From an uncultured Planctomycetia bacterium (lineage in GTDB: Bacteria; Planctomycetota; Phycisphaerae; FEN-1346; JAACEH01), in NCBI GenBank assembly GCA_903929765.1, contig CAIYVX010000063.1, positions 10,174 to 74,173 on the forward strand: DNA of 64,000 bases, in the 5' to 3' direction. Within the stretch, counting starts at the first letter, position 1, and each line of letters begins with the position of its first letter. Positions 62,126 to 64,000 of this stretch are shown here, piece after piece. Under the pieces are notes generated by a model. It saw only the letters and a list, made by a program, of their open reading frames with translations. It had not been told where the DNA came from and did not search any database. A program made the position numbers and the translations under genes.

Positions 62126-63001
62126 TTGGCGATGGGCAAATTGAAACTCGGGCTGCCCAAAGGGAGCCTTCAGGAATCGACGTTCGATATGCTGCGGCGA
62201 GCAGGGTTCGACATCGACGCGGGGTCGCGGAGCCTCTATCCGTCGATCAACGATCCGGAGTTGGAAATCGTTCAGTTCCGGGCTCAGGAGATGTCGCGCT
62301 ACGTCGAGGACGGTGTGATTGACGCGGGGCTGACGGGCTTCGACTGGATCACCGAGAACGGGTCGGCCGTGGTCGAGGTGGCGGAGTTCGTTTATTCCAA
62401 GGCCAAGCTGGTGCCGGTGCGCTGGGTGCTGGCGGTGCCGCAGGAATCGAAGGTCCAGTCGGTTCAGGACCTTGAGGGCGGCATCGTGGCCACGGAACTG
62501 GTCAACGTGACACGGAAATATTTCGAGGAGCGCAAGATCAAGGTCAAAGTGGAGTTTTCGTGGGGGGCCACCGAGGGCAAGGCGCGCCTGCTGGACGGGA
62601 TCGTCGACGTGACGGAAACGGGGTCGAGCCTGCGGGCCAACGGGCTGCGAATCGTCGAAACGCTGATGACCAGCACGACGCGGTTCATCGCCAACCAGGC
62701 GGCGTGGGATGACGCGTGGAAACGTGATAAGATCGAGAGCCTGGCGCTCTTGATGAAGGGCGCGCTGGCGGCGCGGGAAAAAGTCGGACTGAAGATGAAC
62801 GTGCCGCGGGCGGCGCTGGAGAAGGTGACCAAGCTGCTGCCGGCGGAGAAAAGCCCGACGGTGTCGAACCTGCTGGATTCGGACTGGGTGGCGATTGAAG
62901 TGATCTTGCCGGACGTGGAGGAACGTCGCCTCGTGCCGCTGTTGAAGAAGGCGGGGGCGACGGGGATCATCGTCTATCCGTTGAACAAGGTGGTGCCGTA
63001 G
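62126..63001 (+). CDS. hisG: ATP phosphoribosyltransferase (long form with C-terminal regulatory domain).
   Basis: KLKLGLPKGSL...DAGLTGFDW and a HisG_C-like C-terminus. 291 aa. Confidence 0.9.
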   Translation: MAMGKLKLGLPKGSLQESTFDMLRRAGFDIDAGSRSLYPSINDPELEIVQFRAQEMSRYVEDGVIDAGLTGFDWITENGSAVVEVAEFVYSKAKLVPVRWVLAVPQESKVQSVQDLEGGIVATELVNVTRKYFEERKIKVKVEFSWGATEGKARLLDGIVDVTETGSSLRANGLRIVETLMTSTTRFIANQAAWDDAWKRDKIESLALLMKGALAAREKVGLKMNVPRAALEKVTKLLPAEKSPTVSNLLDSDWVAIEVILPDVEERRLVPLLKKAGATGIIVYPLNKVVP

Positions 63002-63036
63002 GTCGTCCGTGATGCATTCCGGCTTGGGAAGCTGAA

Positions 63037-64000
63037 ATGAAAAAGTACGGTCCCTTTGCTGCCTGTGCGGCGCTGGTCGCGTCGGCGGCCCTCTTTTGCA
63101 CCCCCCTGCCCGTCCCGGCAGCGAATTCAGCCACCTCAGCCCTAGCCGCCCATCCGATCGCGCCGTCATCGGCCACCTCGGCGCGGGCGGCGGCCGGTTC
63201 GCAATCGTTCTACCATTACGGCTTGGCGACGGAAGCGCTGAAAGCGAGCCGGCTGAGCGAGGCGATCGCGGAGTACAAAAAAGCGGCCGAGCTGGACCCG
63301 CAGAGTTCGCTGATTCAGCGCGAACTGGCCTCGGCGTATCTGGCGGCGCACGAGCCGCTGGAAGCTGTGGCGGCGTACCGGCGGGCCGTGACCCTGGATC
63401 CCAAGGACGTCGAATCGTTGTACAACCTGGGCCGTGCGGCGGTGGGGGATAAGGATTATCCGGCGGCGCTGGGGTATTTCCAGAAGGTACTCGAGCAGTC
63501 GAGCGAGCCGTCGTCGGACCGGCTCTGCGGCCTGGCCCTGTATCAGATCGCAGCGCTTTACGACGCGCAGGACCGGACCCGCGATGCGGCCCAGGCGTTT
63601 GAACGGCTGGTGCAGTGGCTGGGGGCGGCGCCGGCGCGGACGCTGGAGCAGGCGGACGTGGCCTGGCTGGCGTCGTCACGACAATCGCTGGTGGCCAAGA
63701 CGGTTCAGCTTTACCTGCGCGACAAGCAGCCGGAACGGGCGGTGAGGTTCCTGCGGCAGACGGCGCCGGAGATTCTGGATCAACCGAAATTCGCTTCGGC
63801 GGTGGTGGTCATGTTGCTCCAGGAAAAACAGTATGAGCCGGCGCTGGAAGTGGCGCGGCTGATGCAGAGCCGCCGCCCGGACGAGGCCGCGGGCTACCAG
63901 ATGGTGGTCCGCGTGTACGACGAGCGGAAGGACGCCGAGGGTTGCGTCAAGGCCCTGCGGCAGTTCGCGGCGGAGAAGCCCAAGGTGGCCTTCATCCGCC
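63037..64000 (+). CDS. Secreted tetratricopeptide-repeat protein, partial (it continues past the window end).
   Basis: My own translation from the ATG at 63037 is MKKYGPFAACAALVASAALFCTPLPVPAANS (signal peptide) followed by TPR-like units (AIAEYKKAAELDPQSS, AVAAYRRAVTLDPKDVESLYNLG). The frame is open to nt 64000. It is not in the ORF track because no stop codon falls inside the window. Confidence 0.55.
   Translation, partial: MKKYGPFAACAALVASAALFCTPLPVPAANSATSALAAHPIAPSSATSARAAAGSQSFYHYGLATEALKASRLSEAIAEYKKAAELDPQSSLIQRELASAYLAAHEPLEAVAAYRRAVTLDPKDVESLYNLGRAAVGDKDYPAALGYFQKVLEQSSEPSSDRLCGLALYQIAALYDAQDRTRDAAQAFERLVQWLGAAPARTLEQADVAWLASSRQSLVAKTVQLYLRDKQPERAVRFLRQTAPEILDQPKFASAVVVMLLQEKQYEPALEVARLMQSRRPDEAAGYQMVVRVYDERKDAEGCVKALRQFAAEKPKVAFIR

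Noticed and set aside
1-64000. Search for tRNA, rRNA and CRISPR arrays, and for transposases or integrases.
   Set aside because: No intergenic segment shows a tRNA-like T-arm (GTTCGAATC-type) or a cloverleaf. No rRNA-like conserved stretches are present. No regularly spaced direct repeats of 28-37 bp with unique spacers were found. No ORF resembles a transposase, integrase or recombinase. The many palindromes are REP- or MITE-like and are not CRISPR arrays.

Overview
This is a 64-kb window at about 65-68% GC that looks like a chromosomal segment from a Planctomycetota-type genome. The strongest pointers are a DUF1559 protein with a prepilin-type N-terminal methylation motif and a DapL-type LL-diaminopimelate aminotransferase; lipoproteins with ankyrin repeats and several families of GC-rich palindromic intergenic repeats are consistent with that. 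It is not a single mobile island. Most of the window is core metabolism and translation: GTP-dependent PEPCK, murJ, thiL-tsaE, an anmK / two cyclophilins / murQ / SSS-transporter cluster for peptidoglycan recycling, lgt, panD, panC, folK, dapL, trmD-rpsP, hpt, lpxK, nifU-nifS, nusA-infB-DUF503-rbfA and hisG. Several accessory or unusual pieces are embedded in it. (1) A gene cluster on the minus strand at 20.4-25.2 kb encodes a stand-alone GNAT acetyltransferase, a KamA-family radical-SAM 2,3-aminomutase, and two D-Ala-D-Ala-ligase-like ATP-grasp enzymes, the second fused to a GNAT domain. This is my best candidate for an undescribed system that makes a beta-amino-acid (beta-lysine-type) peptide or compatible solute. 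(2) There are two type II toxin-antitoxin modules. higBA is joined directly to the stop codon of a solute symporter. hicAB has a near-consensus leaderless promoter, and its 59-aa hicA is absent from the ORF track. (3) A type II restriction-modification pair (a beta-class N4/N6 DNA methyltransferase plus a putative XhoI/PaeR7I-like endonuclease) lies at 40.9-42.7 kb. (4) Three low-GC orphan genes stand out against the genome background. (5) At least four families of intergenic repeats occur: an 8-bp-stem REP hairpin found at least 9 times, always just 3' of a gene's stop codon; hairpin plus T-rich terminator-like modules; CCCTCTCCC...GGGAGAGGG palindromes, two copies of which are inserted in-frame inside coding regions (a GT4 glycosyltransferase loop and the ATP-grasp/GNAT linker); and a roughly 120-bp AT-rich nested inverted-repeat element present in two copies. 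(6) A 25-nt AT-rich motif is repeated three times immediately upstream or downstream of nifU, nifS and a rubrerythrin-like gene. I found no rRNA genes, tRNA genes, CRISPR arrays or transposases. All coordinates, family assignments and motifs come from reading the sequence and the supplied ORF translations. No database searches were run.
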